Shown one piece after another: positions 1 to 10,342 of a stretch of 64,000 bases of DNA. This DNA is from Candidatus Hermodarchaeota archaeon. Its GTDB lineage: Archaea; Asgardarchaeota; Lokiarchaeia; Sigyniarchaeales; SOKP01. The stretch spans positions 59,413 through 123,412 of the forward strand of contig JBHLLP010000004.1 of NCBI GenBank assembly GCA_048885525.1, written 5' to 3'. Under the pieces are notes generated by a model that was not told where the DNA came from, did not search any database, and saw nothing but the letters and a program-made list of their open reading frames with translations. The translations under genes and the position numbers were made by a program. The stretch's first letter is position 1. Each line of letters starts with the position of its first letter.

Positions 1-114
1 AAATGCAACGCACGATTTACGGGAGGAGCTTATGATATAGAAACTCCCCGAGGTGTGGAATCTTTCAGAATAGCAAAACGCAAGCAACGTGAGCTAGAAA
101 TAACTGAAGAATAA
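1..114 (+). CDS. rpl37ae: 50S ribosomal protein L37ae (eL43), C-terminal part, truncated by window edge
   Basis: Manual frame-1 translation KCNARFTGGAYDIETPRG...EITEE*; C-x-x-x-FTGGAY matches the eL43 C-terminal motif; TAA overlaps the pcc1 ATG; the usual archaeal exosome-superoperon context. Confidence 0.85.
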   Translation, partial: KCNARFTGGAYDIETPRGVESFRIAKRKQRELEITEE

Positions 115-386
115 TGAGCAATAATAAATATTTTTCAATAAATTCATCAATAGAATTTAAATTTGAATCTTCTAAAATAAGAGATATTTCATACAACTCA
201 TTTTTACCAGAGTTTAAAAAATTACAAACTAAACGATCCCAAATTTCTATGGAAAAAATGAATGATAAGCGCATAGTATTTGTGATAATAAGCAATGATA
301 TCACTGCTTTTCGTGCTTCTGTCAATGAAATCATTAGCTTTGGGAAAGTGATAACGAATTCGTTGAAAATAGTTGATAATTCATAG
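114..386 (+). CDS. pcc1: KEOPS complex subunit Pcc1
   Basis: 90 aa with RS...I.S.DITAFRAS.N pattern typical of Pcc1; lies between rpl37ae and prefoldin beta. Confidence 0.8.
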   Translation: MSNNKYFSINSSIEFKFESSKIRDISYNSFLPEFKKLQTKRSQISMEKMNDKRIVFVIISNDITAFRASVNEIISFGKVITNSLKIVDNS

Positions 387-453
387 AAAAGAATATATTA
401 TTTGTAATATGAAATACAATATTAAAGAACATACCTAAATTGATAGAATTATT

Positions 454-807
454 ATGACAATCAATCTCGATAATTTGAACGAAGAACAAAAAAATAAATT
501 AATAAATCTTAACAATTTACAGCAATCTTTTGAATTTATTACATCTCAAAGATTACAAGTTGAGAGTACGTTAAGAGAAACTGAGTTAGCAATTGAGGAA
601 TTAGAGAAAATAAATTCTGAAGAAGCTGTTTATAAAGCTATCGGAGGAATCTTGGTAAAAAGTGAAAAAAATAAGCTTTTAGATGAGAAGAAATCTCTTA
701 AAGTTACACTTGAGATGCGTTTAAAGACTTTAAAACAAAAGGAAGAACGAGTTAAATCCCAAATTGAAACTATGAGGAAATCCCTTCAAGCAGATTTTCA
801 AAAATAA
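454..807 (+). CDS. pfdB: Prefoldin subunit beta
   Basis: Coiled coils flanking a VYKAIGGILVK beta-hairpin. Confidence 0.93.
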   Translation: MTINLDNLNEEQKNKLINLNNLQQSFEFITSQRLQVESTLRETELAIEELEKINSEEAVYKAIGGILVKSEKNKLLDEKKSLKVTLEMRLKTLKQKEERVKSQIETMRKSLQADFQK

Positions 808-824
808 AATTCAAAGAAAGTTTT

Positions 825-1832
825 ATGTTGAAATACAGATTTGATAATTTTTTAGCTTTCTTAAATAATAAAAATATCATAATTATAACTCATGATTTAG
901 TAGATATTGATGGTTTAGTCTCTTGTTTTACCTTAAGATATTTTTTAAAACAATACTTTAAAAAACAGAAGATAACTATATATTTTTCAGAATTCACTAA
1001 ATCAGCAAAAAATTATTTTTATAAGATAACTGAAAAGTTTCCTGAATTCGATTTTTCTTATGATAAAACCTTCCCTATTTCTAGTAATGACGTTGTATTA
1101 ATATTGGATACAAATAATCCAAACCAAATTGAATTAAATACTAATTTGAATATCTTCAACTTAAATATTCCTCTTATATATATTGATCATCATTATCTAG
1201 GGGAAAAATCAGAAAACGATAGTTTCGAAACATCAAGTCTAATATTTGAAAATTATTCCTCAACATCAGAGATAATATTAGACCTTTATGACCTTTACAA
1301 CGTACCACTCACCATTCCTTTAAAAATCCTTATGATTACAGCAATAATAACTGATTCAGGCTTTTTTAAACACGGAAGCAATAAAACGATTCAAAATGTA
1401 AGTAAACTAATTGGTGAGGACATAAACATTCAAGATGTTTTTTTATTATTAAAAAATGAAACGGATATATCAGAAAAAATCGCTAAAATTAAAGGTATGC
1501 AGAGAGTAAAGTTAATAAGAGAGCAAGATTTTTTAATTGGAATTACAAATGTCAGCAGTTATGGGGCAAGCGTAGCCACTATGTTAATTAAATTGGGATT
1601 TGACATTGCGATTGTTCTCTCAAAAGAAGTAGATCAATATAGAATTAACACACGCGCCAAAAAAGTAATTTGTTTAAATACAGGATTACACTTAGGAAAA
1701 GTTTTAGAAGAAATCTCAAAAAATTGCAATGGAAATGGTGGTGGACATAATGGTGCAGCATCTATAACCATAAATAAGGAACCAGATACAATAATCAATT
1801 ACATTATTGAAAAAATTAAGAATTATATTTAA
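825..1832 (+). CDS. DHH/DHHA1 family phosphoesterase
   Basis: TH..DID, LDT, IDHH, TDSG and GGGH motifs; conserved position after prefoldin beta. Confidence 0.9.
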   Translation: MLKYRFDNFLAFLNNKNIIIITHDLVDIDGLVSCFTLRYFLKQYFKKQKITIYFSEFTKSAKNYFYKITEKFPEFDFSYDKTFPISSNDVVLILDTNNPNQIELNTNLNIFNLNIPLIYIDHHYLGEKSENDSFETSSLIFENYSSTSEIILDLYDLYNVPLTIPLKILMITAIITDSGFFKHGSNKTIQNVSKLIGEDINIQDVFLLLKNETDISEKIAKIKGMQRVKLIREQDFLIGITNVSSYGASVATMLIKLGFDIAIVLSKEVDQYRINTRAKKVICLNTGLHLGKVLEEISKNCNGNGGGHNGAASITINKEPDTIINYIIEKIKNYI

Positions 1833-1894
1833 TCTAAGTTTTAAATAATCAATCATTATAAGAGAACAAAATCTGTAATGAATTAAATCTCACC

Positions 1895-2734
1895 ATGGAT
1901 TTGGCAAGATTTGAGAGTTTTTATTTTCGTTATAAAGGAAATGAAGAATATGCTCTAAATAATATTAATTTAAAAATTGAAAATAATGACTCTAAATTTA
2001 TTTTATTAGCCGGTGAAACTGGTTCCGGGAAAACTTCATTAATTAGATGTATGAATGGTTTAATTCCGCAATTTTATAGTGGTTTTTATAGAGGGAAAGT
2101 AGAGATACAAGGAAAAAATACGACTGAAACACCTATAGCAGATTTATCTACTGACGTAGGAATAGTATTTCAAAATCCAGAAAATCAATTAATATCTATG
2201 AATGTTGAACATGAAATTGCTTTTGGATTAGAGAATTTAGGCTTTCCATCAAAAGAGATTTCAAATCGAATAAATGAAACTGCTTCATTAACCGAAATTG
2301 AACATATTCTAGATAAAGCTCCTTTTGAGTTGAGTGGTGGTGAACAACAACGAGTTGCAATAGCATCGATTTTAGTATTAGAACCTAAAATTTTAATTCT
2401 AGATGAACCCACTGCTTTACTCGACCCTTATATGGCCAAAAAAATAATAAATTTGCTTCAAGAGATTCGAAGAGAGAAAAAAATAACAATTATAATAAGC
2501 GAACATCGTCTTGATTTAATTTTACCTTTCACAGAACAAATAATTTTAATGAAGAAAGGCAGTATTATTAGACACGATTCTTGCGAAAAAGTCATAAATG
2601 GAGATGATTTTCAAAGATTAAGATTAAATAAACCTGTTATTTTCTCAATCTTTCATCAGCTCAAAAAAGAAAATTTATTTAATAAAAATATCCCCATTTC
2701 CATTTCAGAAGCAATAAAATCTTTAAAATCTTAA
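1895..2734 (+). CDS. ecfA: ECF transporter ATPase (EcfA)
   Basis: GETGSGKT, FQNPENQL, LSGGEQQR, LDEPT. Confidence 0.92.
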   Translation: MDLARFESFYFRYKGNEEYALNNINLKIENNDSKFILLAGETGSGKTSLIRCMNGLIPQFYSGFYRGKVEIQGKNTTETPIADLSTDVGIVFQNPENQLISMNVEHEIAFGLENLGFPSKEISNRINETASLTEIEHILDKAPFELSGGEQQRVAIASILVLEPKILILDEPTALLDPYMAKKIINLLQEIRREKKITIIISEHRLDLILPFTEQIILMKKGSIIRHDSCEKVINGDDFQRLRLNKPVIFSIFHQLKKENLFNKNIPISISEAIKSLKS

Positions 2735-2745
2735 TTATTAATTGG

Positions 2746-3612
2746 TTGATTACAAAAATGGTCATAGATAATCCTTTGATTATGATGAGAGAAATTGGAT
2801 ATAGATATCCAAATGGAACTAAGGCTTTAAAAAATATAAATTTAAATATCTTTAGAGGAGAGCTAATTGGAATAATGGGAAAAAATGGAGCTGGTAAAAC
2901 AAGTCTCATTCGAACCTTAAATGGCTTAATTAGGCCAATACAAGGTAATATTTATATTAAAAACGAAAATATTAATTCTAAAAGTATAGCAACTTTATCT
3001 AAAATAGTAGGAATTATTTTTCAAAATCCGTTCCATCAACTTTTTGCAAATTCAGTTGAAGAAGAAATCAACTTTTCTTTAAGAAGCTTAAATCTAAATA
3101 AAGAAGAAATTCAAAAAAAAATTGATCAAATCCTCCATGAATTTGATCTTGAGAAGTATAGAAAGCGATCTCCTCTCAACTTATCTGGAGGAGAGTCTAA
3201 AAAGCTTGCAATTGCTTCAATAATTTGTAGAGATCCTGAAATTCTGATTTTCGATGAACCCACATTAGGTCAAGATGCGAAAGAAATTGAATTTTTTATT
3301 AACTTAATTAATAATGAAAGAAAAAAAGATAAAACTATAATCATAATTACTCATAATATTGAATTTGCTTATGAATACATACCTCGGACAATTCTAATGA
3401 CGGAAGGTCACATTATTGCAGATGGACCGACAAAAGAAGTATTGAATAACAGTCTTTTAATAGAAAAAACATCACTAATTTTACCTCAAATTTGTCAATT
3501 CAATTTAGCATTACAACAGTTAAACTTGCAGTTAGATAATAAAATTTCTTCAAAGAATGATATGATCGATTATCTAAGGAATCTAATAAAAAATAAATCT
3601 TTAAAAATTTAA
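2746..3612 (+). CDS. ecfA2: ECF transporter ATPase (EcfA')
   Basis: GKNGAGKT, FQNP, LSGGE, FDEPTLGQD; ATG at 2758 is an alternative start. Confidence 0.92.
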   Translation: MITKMVIDNPLIMMREIGYRYPNGTKALKNINLNIFRGELIGIMGKNGAGKTSLIRTLNGLIRPIQGNIYIKNENINSKSIATLSKIVGIIFQNPFHQLFANSVEEEINFSLRSLNLNKEEIQKKIDQILHEFDLEKYRKRSPLNLSGGESKKLAIASIICRDPEILIFDEPTLGQDAKEIEFFINLINNERKKDKTIIIITHNIEFAYEYIPRTILMTEGHIIADGPTKEVLNNSLLIEKTSLILPQICQFNLALQQLNLQLDNKISSKNDMIDYLRNLIKNKSLKI

Positions 3613-3627
3613 GAGGAATATAAATAA

Positions 3628-4395
3628 ATGTCATTGGAATTTTTAAATGCTTTTAAATTCATGAAAAAGGCAAGCTTCCTACATAATTTAGACCCACGAG
3701 CAAAATTAATATTCTCGATTATATATACGATAAGTGCGTTATTATTCACACAAATTATACCGTTAATTTTTATTTTTTTGAGTTTAATTCCATTGGTTCT
3801 TGTAGGAAAATTATTTAGGCAATGGGTTAAAAGCATCCGAGGTTTATCATTCTTGGTTCTTTTCATAATTATTTTAAATACCTTATTCATTTCCTTGTCA
3901 TTTGCTATAGCAATGATATTAAGAATATATATCATGGTGTCGGCTTTTTCAATCTTTTTTTTAACTGTCGATCCAAATGATTTAGCACTATCCTTGATTT
4001 CAATGAAATTACCATATGAATTTGCTTTTTCATTCTCATTAGCTTTTAGATTTGTCCCCACTATCGCAATTGAGGCTCAAAATATATTGGAAGCTCAACA
4101 AAGTAGGGGATATGAAATGCAAAAGAAAGGTCTTATTAATCAAATAAAAAATCTTTTTCCACTTTTAATTCCATTGATAATCAATTCAATTAAAAGAGCA
4201 TTTAACGTTGCTGAAGCTCTTGAATCAAGAGCCTTTGGCAGTAGAAAAGAACGCACCTATTATTATAGTATAAGATATTCTTTCAAAGACTATATTTTTA
4301 CTCTTTATTTATTAGCATTTCTAATAATTGTAATTATTGTTAGAGTTCAATTTAATTCGATGCCTGATTTTCTAATGTGGAGTTTACCGGTTTGA
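3628..4395 (+). CDS. ecfT: ECF transporter transmembrane subunit EcfT
   Basis: LDPRAKL, RFVP, AQQSRG and ALESRAF motifs; hydrophobic. Confidence 0.92.
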   Translation: MSLEFLNAFKFMKKASFLHNLDPRAKLIFSIIYTISALLFTQIIPLIFIFLSLIPLVLVGKLFRQWVKSIRGLSFLVLFIIILNTLFISLSFAIAMILRIYIMVSAFSIFFLTVDPNDLALSLISMKLPYEFAFSFSLAFRFVPTIAIEAQNILEAQQSRGYEMQKKGLINQIKNLFPLLIPLIINSIKRAFNVAEALESRAFGSRKERTYYYSIRYSFKDYIFTLYLLAFLIIVIIVRVQFNSMPDFLMWSLPV

Positions 4396-5078
4396 TAGTT
4401 AAAGAATTTAATATTGAAGCTTTAAATTTGCACTTTTTTGTTGGGATTAATCAAATTAAAATAAATTTTGATGAGTTTTTAGATTTTTATAATATTGATA
4501 ATGAAAAAGAGATTTTAAATCGATTTTTTAAGCTTATTGATGAAATCCAAAACAAAAATAAAAATTCTGTAATACAATTTATTAAAGATAAATACATCTT
4601 GAATTATAATCATATTTTTATGGCATGCTACAATTTACAGAAAGCATTTCAACAAAATATTAACATTTCAAGCAAAAAAAAGATCGAGTTATTATTATAT
4701 TTAGCAACCAATAGACAAATCAATAAGAGTATTGAAGCTTTTGGAATTGATTATTCTGATTTAAATAAACAGAGTTGCACTTTCTGTATTATCTCTCCAA
4801 TTGATAATCTAAATAGTATTAATGATGAGTTATTACAAATCCTCAGAGCAAATAATGCAGAGTTAACTCTGAATAATCAATCACCAAAAAAGTTTGATAA
4901 AGTTAAACAGTTTTTTAAAATTTCCGAAGAAAAAATTGAAATAATATTAAAATCTTATGGGATAGAAATCAACAAAAAAGAAATTAATTTAAATTTTAAA
5001 TATTCTGCTTTAAATGATTTAATTTTCGAAAAAATGGCTCTAATGAGTTTGGAACAAGTTAAAATCAAGATTGATTAA
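4377..5078 (+). CDS. cgi121: KEOPS complex subunit Cgi121
   Basis: H...A...A...NIS.K..IELLLYLATNRQI.K.IE.FG motif and terminal EKMAL; TTG at 4392 is a likely start. Confidence 0.8.
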   Translation: MEFTGLIVKEFNIEALNLHFFVGINQIKINFDEFLDFYNIDNEKEILNRFFKLIDEIQNKNKNSVIQFIKDKYILNYNHIFMACYNLQKAFQQNINISSKKKIELLLYLATNRQINKSIEAFGIDYSDLNKQSCTFCIISPIDNLNSINDELLQILRANNAELTLNNQSPKKFDKVKQFFKISEEKIEIILKSYGIEINKKEINLNFKYSALNDLIFEKMALMSLEQVKIKID

Positions 5079-5599
5079 TATTTTATCTTATTTATCTTAA
5101 CGATCTCATTTTTTCTCAAAAAAGATATTCCACTAATATTTCCTAAGATTTCTATTCTAATTACCTTATCTGGATTTTCAAGATCAACCTTGTAATCAAT
5201 CTTACTGGCTATATCATCAATAAAACTCTTTCTTTCAATTTTTTCATGATGTCTTCGTTTTAAAATTATTTTAAAAGACTCCCCATTAGTAAAAAAATTT
5301 TTATGATGTTCTTGGATAACATTTTTTATGGTTTTTGTATCTGTTTCGCAAGTAAAATCAATTGGTACAATTTTTAAAATAAATTGTAAAAAATTATAAT
5401 TTTTTTTTTGAAATTTTTTTATTTTTGAAATAACATATTTTGAATTCAAATTAGTTAAAGCTGTAATTAATCCTGGAAATTGAATTCCAGAGATGATTGG
5501 ATAAGTATCACCACACATTAATAAAATGAACCATAATTCCGACTTTGCATTTATTTCATTAAATCGAGAAGTTGAGACTAAAAGATTAAAATTTTTCAT
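5075..5599 (-). CDS. THUMP-domain RNA-binding protein
   Basis: LK.VPID, SFKI.LKRR, KVDLENPDKVIRIEI. Confidence 0.85.
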   Translation of the reverse strand: MKNFNLLVSTSRFNEINAKSELWFILLMCGDTYPIISGIQFPGLITALTNLNSKYVISKIKKFQKKNYNFLQFILKIVPIDFTCETDTKTIKNVIQEHHKNFFTNGESFKIILKRRHHEKIERKSFIDDIASKIDYKVDLENPDKVIRIEILGNISGISFLRKNEIVKINKIKY

Positions 5600-5613
5600 T
5601 TATATCACTCATA

Positions 5614-6273
5614 TCATTCTAATAAATATTGTATAATATCTTCTTCAGAAATCTCCCCAATTCGTAAAAACTTTATCTTTTGAGAAGTACAATCAGCAAT
5701 GGTGGTAGGAAGTCTCGATTTTGACTTCCCTCCATCAATAATAAAATCTATAGGACTTAATATTTTTTTAGTTACTTCTTCTCCACTAATTGAGGGAGGT
5801 TCTCCAGAATAATTAGCTGAGGTTCCTATAATCCCCCCAAAATGTCCTCTTGACTTTAAAAGCCTCAAAATATTTAGTATTATTTCATTTTCAGGAACAC
5901 GTAAGCCTATAGTATCTTGAAAGGCAGTTACTTCTGGAGGGATAATACAAGGGTCTGTTTTTTTTAGTATTAAGGTCAATTGACCTGGCCAATATTTTAT
6001 TGCAAGTTTTTTGGCGATATCATTGAATTTAGCTATTTTAGTAGCTTCTTCATAATCTGAAACTAATAATAATAATCCTTTTGATCTATCTCTAAATTTA
6101 ATATCATAAATTCTATTAATTACATCTAAATTTTGAGGATCGCCTCCAATCCCATAAACAGAATCGGTAGGAAAGGCAATTATTTCACCTTCAACTATTT
6201 TATCTACTGCAATATCAAGATAAAATTCAATATCTTTTAATTTCTTACCAACTAATTTAATTAAAAATCCCAT
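5614..6273 (-). CDS. tsaC: Threonylcarbamoyl-AMP synthase (TsaC/YrdC type, no C-terminal SUA5 domain)
   Basis: FPTDSVYG, K.R, WPGQLT, GLRVP, TSANYSG; 219 aa. Confidence 0.92.
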   Translation of the reverse strand: MGFLIKLVGKKLKDIEFYLDIAVDKIVEGEIIAFPTDSVYGIGGDPQNLDVINRIYDIKFRDRSKGLLLLVSDYEEATKIAKFNDIAKKLAIKYWPGQLTLILKKTDPCIIPPEVTAFQDTIGLRVPENEIILNILRLLKSRGHFGGIIGTSANYSGEPPSISGEEVTKKILSPIDFIIDGGKSKSRLPTTIADCTSQKIKFLRIGEISEEDIIQYLLE

Positions 6274-6334
6274 ATGATCTCTTCTTTGATTTAAAAACTA
6301 TAATTAACAAATGAGAGAAATATTAATATAAAGA

Positions 6335-7276
6335 TTATTTTGGATATTGATCTTGACAATTTAAATCAGCTTCTAACCGTTTCCAAGTATGATCTAAATA
6401 TTCTTGGAGTTCAATTAAGTCCTTTTCTGAAATACTAGCAAATCTTTTTTGTTTGGAAAGATAATCTATTAGTGGAGTCCTCTTAGATGGATCTAGTAGC
6501 GGTCTACTTGCTTTTGATAATGTCATGATTCCATTTTCTACTTCATATAGAATCCATGAACCTGTTTTCACAGCTAATCGAGCAATTTCAATTGTATCTT
6601 CAGAATTAAATCCCCATCCTGTACAACAAGGTGCCATAATATGGATATATCTACAGCCTTTAATCGATTTGGCCTTTTTAAATTTATCATACAAGTCAAG
6701 TGGTTCGCTTATAGAACAAGTTGCTACATAAGGCATGTCATGAGCTGCCATAATTGCGGGAAGATTCTTTTTAAAGCGATCTTTTCCCTTCGTGGTTGTA
6801 CTTGTCCATGCACCATGGGGTGTACTTGAAGACCTTTGAATTCCTGTATTCATATATGCTTCATTATCGTAGCATACATAAATTTGGTCTGAATTTCTTT
6901 CTGCTGCTCCACTTAGACCTTGAATTCCTATATCTGCAGTACCACCATCTCCTGCAAATGTAATTGTAGTCATCTCATCCCAACCCTTACCGGGAAATCT
7001 ATATGCTTTCGCTTTGAAAGCAGCAGACATACCAGTTGCAGCAGCTGCACCCGCAGCAAAAGCCATGTTCGTAAATGGGAAATTTGGGGCTGTTTTAGGC
7101 CATAAACCTACTACTACATTTAAGCAGGACGCGGGAGTTACAAGAGCCGTATTTGGTCCTAATGCCTTAATTGCCCATCGAAGAGCGATTTCTAAACCAC
7201 ATCCAGCACAACAAGAATTCCCTGGAAGGAAATATTCTTCTTGGCAAGATTCTAAAACTTCCTTTAATTTTACCAT
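6335..7276 (-). CDS. porB: Pyruvate/2-ketoisovalerate:ferredoxin oxidoreductase beta subunit
   Basis: CAGCG, GDGG..DIG, DNEAYMNTGIQRS, PC..GW; ATG at 7276 avoids overlap with porA. Confidence 0.93.
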   Translation of the reverse strand: MVKLKEVLESCQEEYFLPGNSCCAGCGLEIALRWAIKALGPNTALVTPASCLNVVVGLWPKTAPNFPFTNMAFAAGAAAATGMSAAFKAKAYRFPGKGWDEMTTITFAGDGGTADIGIQGLSGAAERNSDQIYVCYDNEAYMNTGIQRSSSTPHGAWTSTTTKGKDRFKKNLPAIMAAHDMPYVATCSISEPLDLYDKFKKAKSIKGCRYIHIMAPCCTGWGFNSEDTIEIARLAVKTGSWILYEVENGIMTLSKASRPLLDPSKRTPLIDYLSKQKRFASISEKDLIELQEYLDHTWKRLEADLNCQDQYPK

Positions 7277-7280
7277 TTCT

Positions 7281-8537
7281 TTATTCGACCTCCAATAAAC
7301 CATCCCAGAGAGTCCCATGTATCACATCTTTTGGAAGTTCTCCAGTCTCATTATATTTTACTAGCTTACGTATTTGATTTTTTTGTTGTTCGAGAGTGAC
7401 TTCTCTCCCTCCTAATCCATTAATAATCGGTAATACTGTTGCAGTTCCTTTCGTTTCATTTAGAGCACCTTTAACTTCACAACTTACAGCTCCTCCAGTC
7501 TGAGAACCAAATGCAGTAGCTCGATCAATTACTCCAAGAATTTTCACTTTTTTAGCAACTTCAACAATATTTTCTGTTGGAAAAGGTCTAAAATGGCGAA
7601 GCTTTACCATGCCAACTTTATAACCTTCTTCTCTTAAATCTTCTATAGCTTGTTCCATTTGTAGTGCTAAATCTCCATATATAATTACTCCTACATTCGC
7701 ATCATCCATTTTGTATTCTTGAATTAATCCATTACCATAATTTCTCCCAAATGTTTTCTCAAATTCCTTAGCGACGTTTACAATTTTCTCCTTAGCTCTA
7801 ATGAGAGCATCATGAATTTTCAATCTAAATTCATAGTAAAAACTTGAAGGCATGATAAGATTGCCAAACATCATTGGTCTTTTTGGATCCATCCAGATAT
7901 GAGGCCAACCCTCCTCACCTGGTAATTCTGGTAAAAATTTATCTACAAGATCTTGATCTTCGAGAATAACTGGTTTTGACGTATGGGAAAGAATAAACCC
8001 TCCATAAGAAACAAATTTTGGTAAAAGAATATCATGATCCTCACAAACCTTATATGACATTAAAATTTCATCATATATTTCTTGATGTTCGGCACAAAAA
8101 CAACTCATCCATCCTGTGTCACGTTGACTTATCACATCTGTAAAATCCGCCCAAATATTCCAAGGAGGTGCTGGTCCTCGAGATGCAATAGCAACAACTA
8201 TAGGTAATCTTGCTCCTGCTGCCCAATGAATCATTTCATGGGCATAGAAAATGCCTTGACCAGATGTAGCGGTAAATGTACGAGCTCCTGCTTTACTTGC
8301 ACCAATTACAGCAGCAAAAACGCTATGTTCAGATTCCATTTTTAAATATTCTGTTCCTGGCATTTCTCCATTATCCACAAATTCAGAAAGTTTTTCAACT
8401 ACTGTAGTTTGTGGAGTTATTGGATATGCACTAATTACTTGAACTCGTGCTGATTTCGCAGCATAAGCTGCTGCTTCATTTCCTTTAATTATGATAGATT
8501 CTCTCTTTTGGATAAAATCTTTCTGGGATTCAACCAT
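7281..8537 (-). CDS. porA: Pyruvate/2-ketoisovalerate:ferredoxin oxidoreductase alpha subunit
   Basis: GNEA, AYPITPQT, ESEHS, TATS.QG, FRPFP, GLGGRE. Confidence 0.94.
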   Translation of the reverse strand: MVESQKDFIQKRESIIIKGNEAAAYAAKSARVQVISAYPITPQTTVVEKLSEFVDNGEMPGTEYLKMESEHSVFAAVIGASKAGARTFTATSGQGIFYAHEMIHWAAGARLPIVVAIASRGPAPPWNIWADFTDVISQRDTGWMSCFCAEHQEIYDEILMSYKVCEDHDILLPKFVSYGGFILSHTSKPVILEDQDLVDKFLPELPGEEGWPHIWMDPKRPMMFGNLIMPSSFYYEFRLKIHDALIRAKEKIVNVAKEFEKTFGRNYGNGLIQEYKMDDANVGVIIYGDLALQMEQAIEDLREEGYKVGMVKLRHFRPFPTENIVEVAKKVKILGVIDRATAFGSQTGGAVSCEVKGALNETKGTATVLPIINGLGGREVTLEQQKNQIRKLVKYNETGELPKDVIHGTLWDGLLEVE

Positions 8538-8877
8538 CTTTTATATCACTCTCTCTAACCATTTCTATGTTATTTGTTGGACATTCTTTAGCACATATTC
8601 CACAACCTTTACAGTATCGTAAATCAATTCGAAATGTACCATCTTCCATCTTTTTAATAACACCTTCTGGACAATACATCCAGCATATTCCACATTTGTT
8701 ACATTCTTCTTTAATAATTGGTCTAAAAGTTCTCCAATCACCCGTTGGTCCAATATTTCCATCAATTGGTAATGAAATTGGAATTGGGGATAATTCCTTC
8801 CAGTTTTTATATTCTTGAACTTTAGGACGTTCTTTTACTGATTTATTAATTTTTTTCCACTTTTTTGATTCTGACAT
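8530..8877 (-). CDS. porD: 2-oxoacid:ferredoxin oxidoreductase delta subunit (2x[4Fe-4S])
   Basis: TGDWRTFRP; CxxCxxCxxxCP twice. Confidence 0.93.
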   Translation of the reverse strand: MSESKKWKKINKSVKERPKVQEYKNWKELSPIPISLPIDGNIGPTGDWRTFRPIIKEECNKCGICWMYCPEGVIKKMEDGTFRIDLRYCKGCGICAKECPTNNIEMVRESDIKDG

Positions 8878-8879
8878 AA

Positions 8880-9470
8880 TTAAATCTCTCTTACTGATTC
8901 ATATGCGTCTCTTGCAACGCTCATATTTTTTTCTAATCTAGCCTCTCCAAATTCTTTTCTAATTACTTTTTCCATTGTTTCGAGGTTATAATAGCCAGTA
9001 ATCTTTCCAAACGCTCCTAACATAGGTATGTTCAGAATTGGCCCACTCGCATGCATGAAATCCCTTTTTATACATATACCTGTTGCATCTACGAGGTATA
9101 TTTTTATTTTATTAGGAAGATCTCTTTTATCTATCGGATCAGCACTATTAATTATAAGATTTGTACCATCCTTTATTGTTGCTTTTATAGTAGGGATCTC
9201 TAATAAAGAAGTATCAAACATAAGTATGTAATCTGGATTTACTACACTATCATATGTTTTAATCGATTTATTCTTAGAAACTTTTGTAAATGATTGTATT
9301 GGAGCACCTCTACGCTCAGCGCCTATTATTGGGATAGCTATTGTGTCTTGGAATCCTTCTTCAAATGCCATTTCAGCTAATAACTGACTTGCTGTGATAC
9401 AAGTTTGGCCACCTCGGCAATGCATTGATATTTCTATAATTTTTTCATGACTCGACAATTTATTTAACAA
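8880..9470 (-). CDS. porC: 2-oxoacid:ferredoxin oxidoreductase gamma subunit
   Basis: H.RGGQ, GAERRGAP, N..MLGA; exact TTG start uncertain. Confidence 0.9.
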   Translation of the reverse strand: MLNKLSSHEKIIEISMHCRGGQTCITASQLLAEMAFEEGFQDTIAIPIIGAERRGAPIQSFTKVSKNKSIKTYDSVVNPDYILMFDTSLLEIPTIKATIKDGTNLIINSADPIDKRDLPNKIKIYLVDATGICIKRDFMHASGPILNIPMLGAFGKITGYYNLETMEKVIRKEFGEARLEKNMSVARDAYESVREI

Positions 9471-9695
9471 CCTTTTTTTCTATTGATCGCAATATGTCCA
9501 ATAAAGGCACAACCAATAAAAGTACTATTAATTTTACTTATATAATTACAATATGAAACAATTATAAAGAATTTATAATAATAATTGTTATAATTATTAA
9601 TTTATTTTGAAAAATGTCCTGTTCTAAATCCATCTTACGATTTAACGTAAACTTTTCATTCAATTATATAAAGGTTTAAGCTAGGAAATAATAAT

Positions 9696-10265
9696 ATGGC
9701 TTATGAAAAAAGTAGTAACGATATAGTATATTCCTTTAAATGTCCTTCATGCCGAGAAGGAACAATTAATATAGTTAAAAATATTTATGATCTTCCCGAT
9801 GGGGACAAGATGCTTATATTAAAATTTGTATGTAATGCGTGCAATTTTCATAAAAATGATATTATCCCTCTAACTACTGATATGGCTCCTGGAATTATGA
9901 CTTTACAAATTTTAGACGAAAATGACCTTAAATCTAAGATTTATCGTTCACCTACTGGTAAATTAGAGATTCCCGAACTTGAATTAATAGTAGAACCAGG
10001 TCCAAGAGCCGATTTCTATTATACTAACATACAAGGGATCTTATTTAGATTCGAATATGCTGTTTCAATTTATAGAAATAATCTCAAAGAAAATGATCCA
10101 GAAGTAAACGAAATTGATGAGCTTATGTGTAATTTAAAACAGGCTATAGATGGAAAATTTAAGTTTACTTTAAAAATCACCGACCCACAGGGAGGAAGTT
10201 ATATTGTTCCACAAGATAAATCAAGATATACTTTTGAAAAAATTAAGAAAGACGATTTAGAATAA
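9696..10265 (+). CDS. ZPR1-type zinc finger protein
   Basis: CPSC...CNAC, IYRS....IPELEL.VEPG, TNI.G.L, L.I.DP.G.S. Confidence 0.88.
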   Translation: MAYEKSSNDIVYSFKCPSCREGTINIVKNIYDLPDGDKMLILKFVCNACNFHKNDIIPLTTDMAPGIMTLQILDENDLKSKIYRSPTGKLEIPELELIVEPGPRADFYYTNIQGILFRFEYAVSIYRNNLKENDPEVNEIDELMCNLKQAIDGKFKFTLKITDPQGGSYIVPQDKSRYTFEKIKKDDLE

Positions 10266-10342
10266 ATATAAAATATGAAATATTCATAATTGTTTATTAT
10301 AATAAATTTTTTAACTTCACGAACACCGAAGTGTGAAATAAA

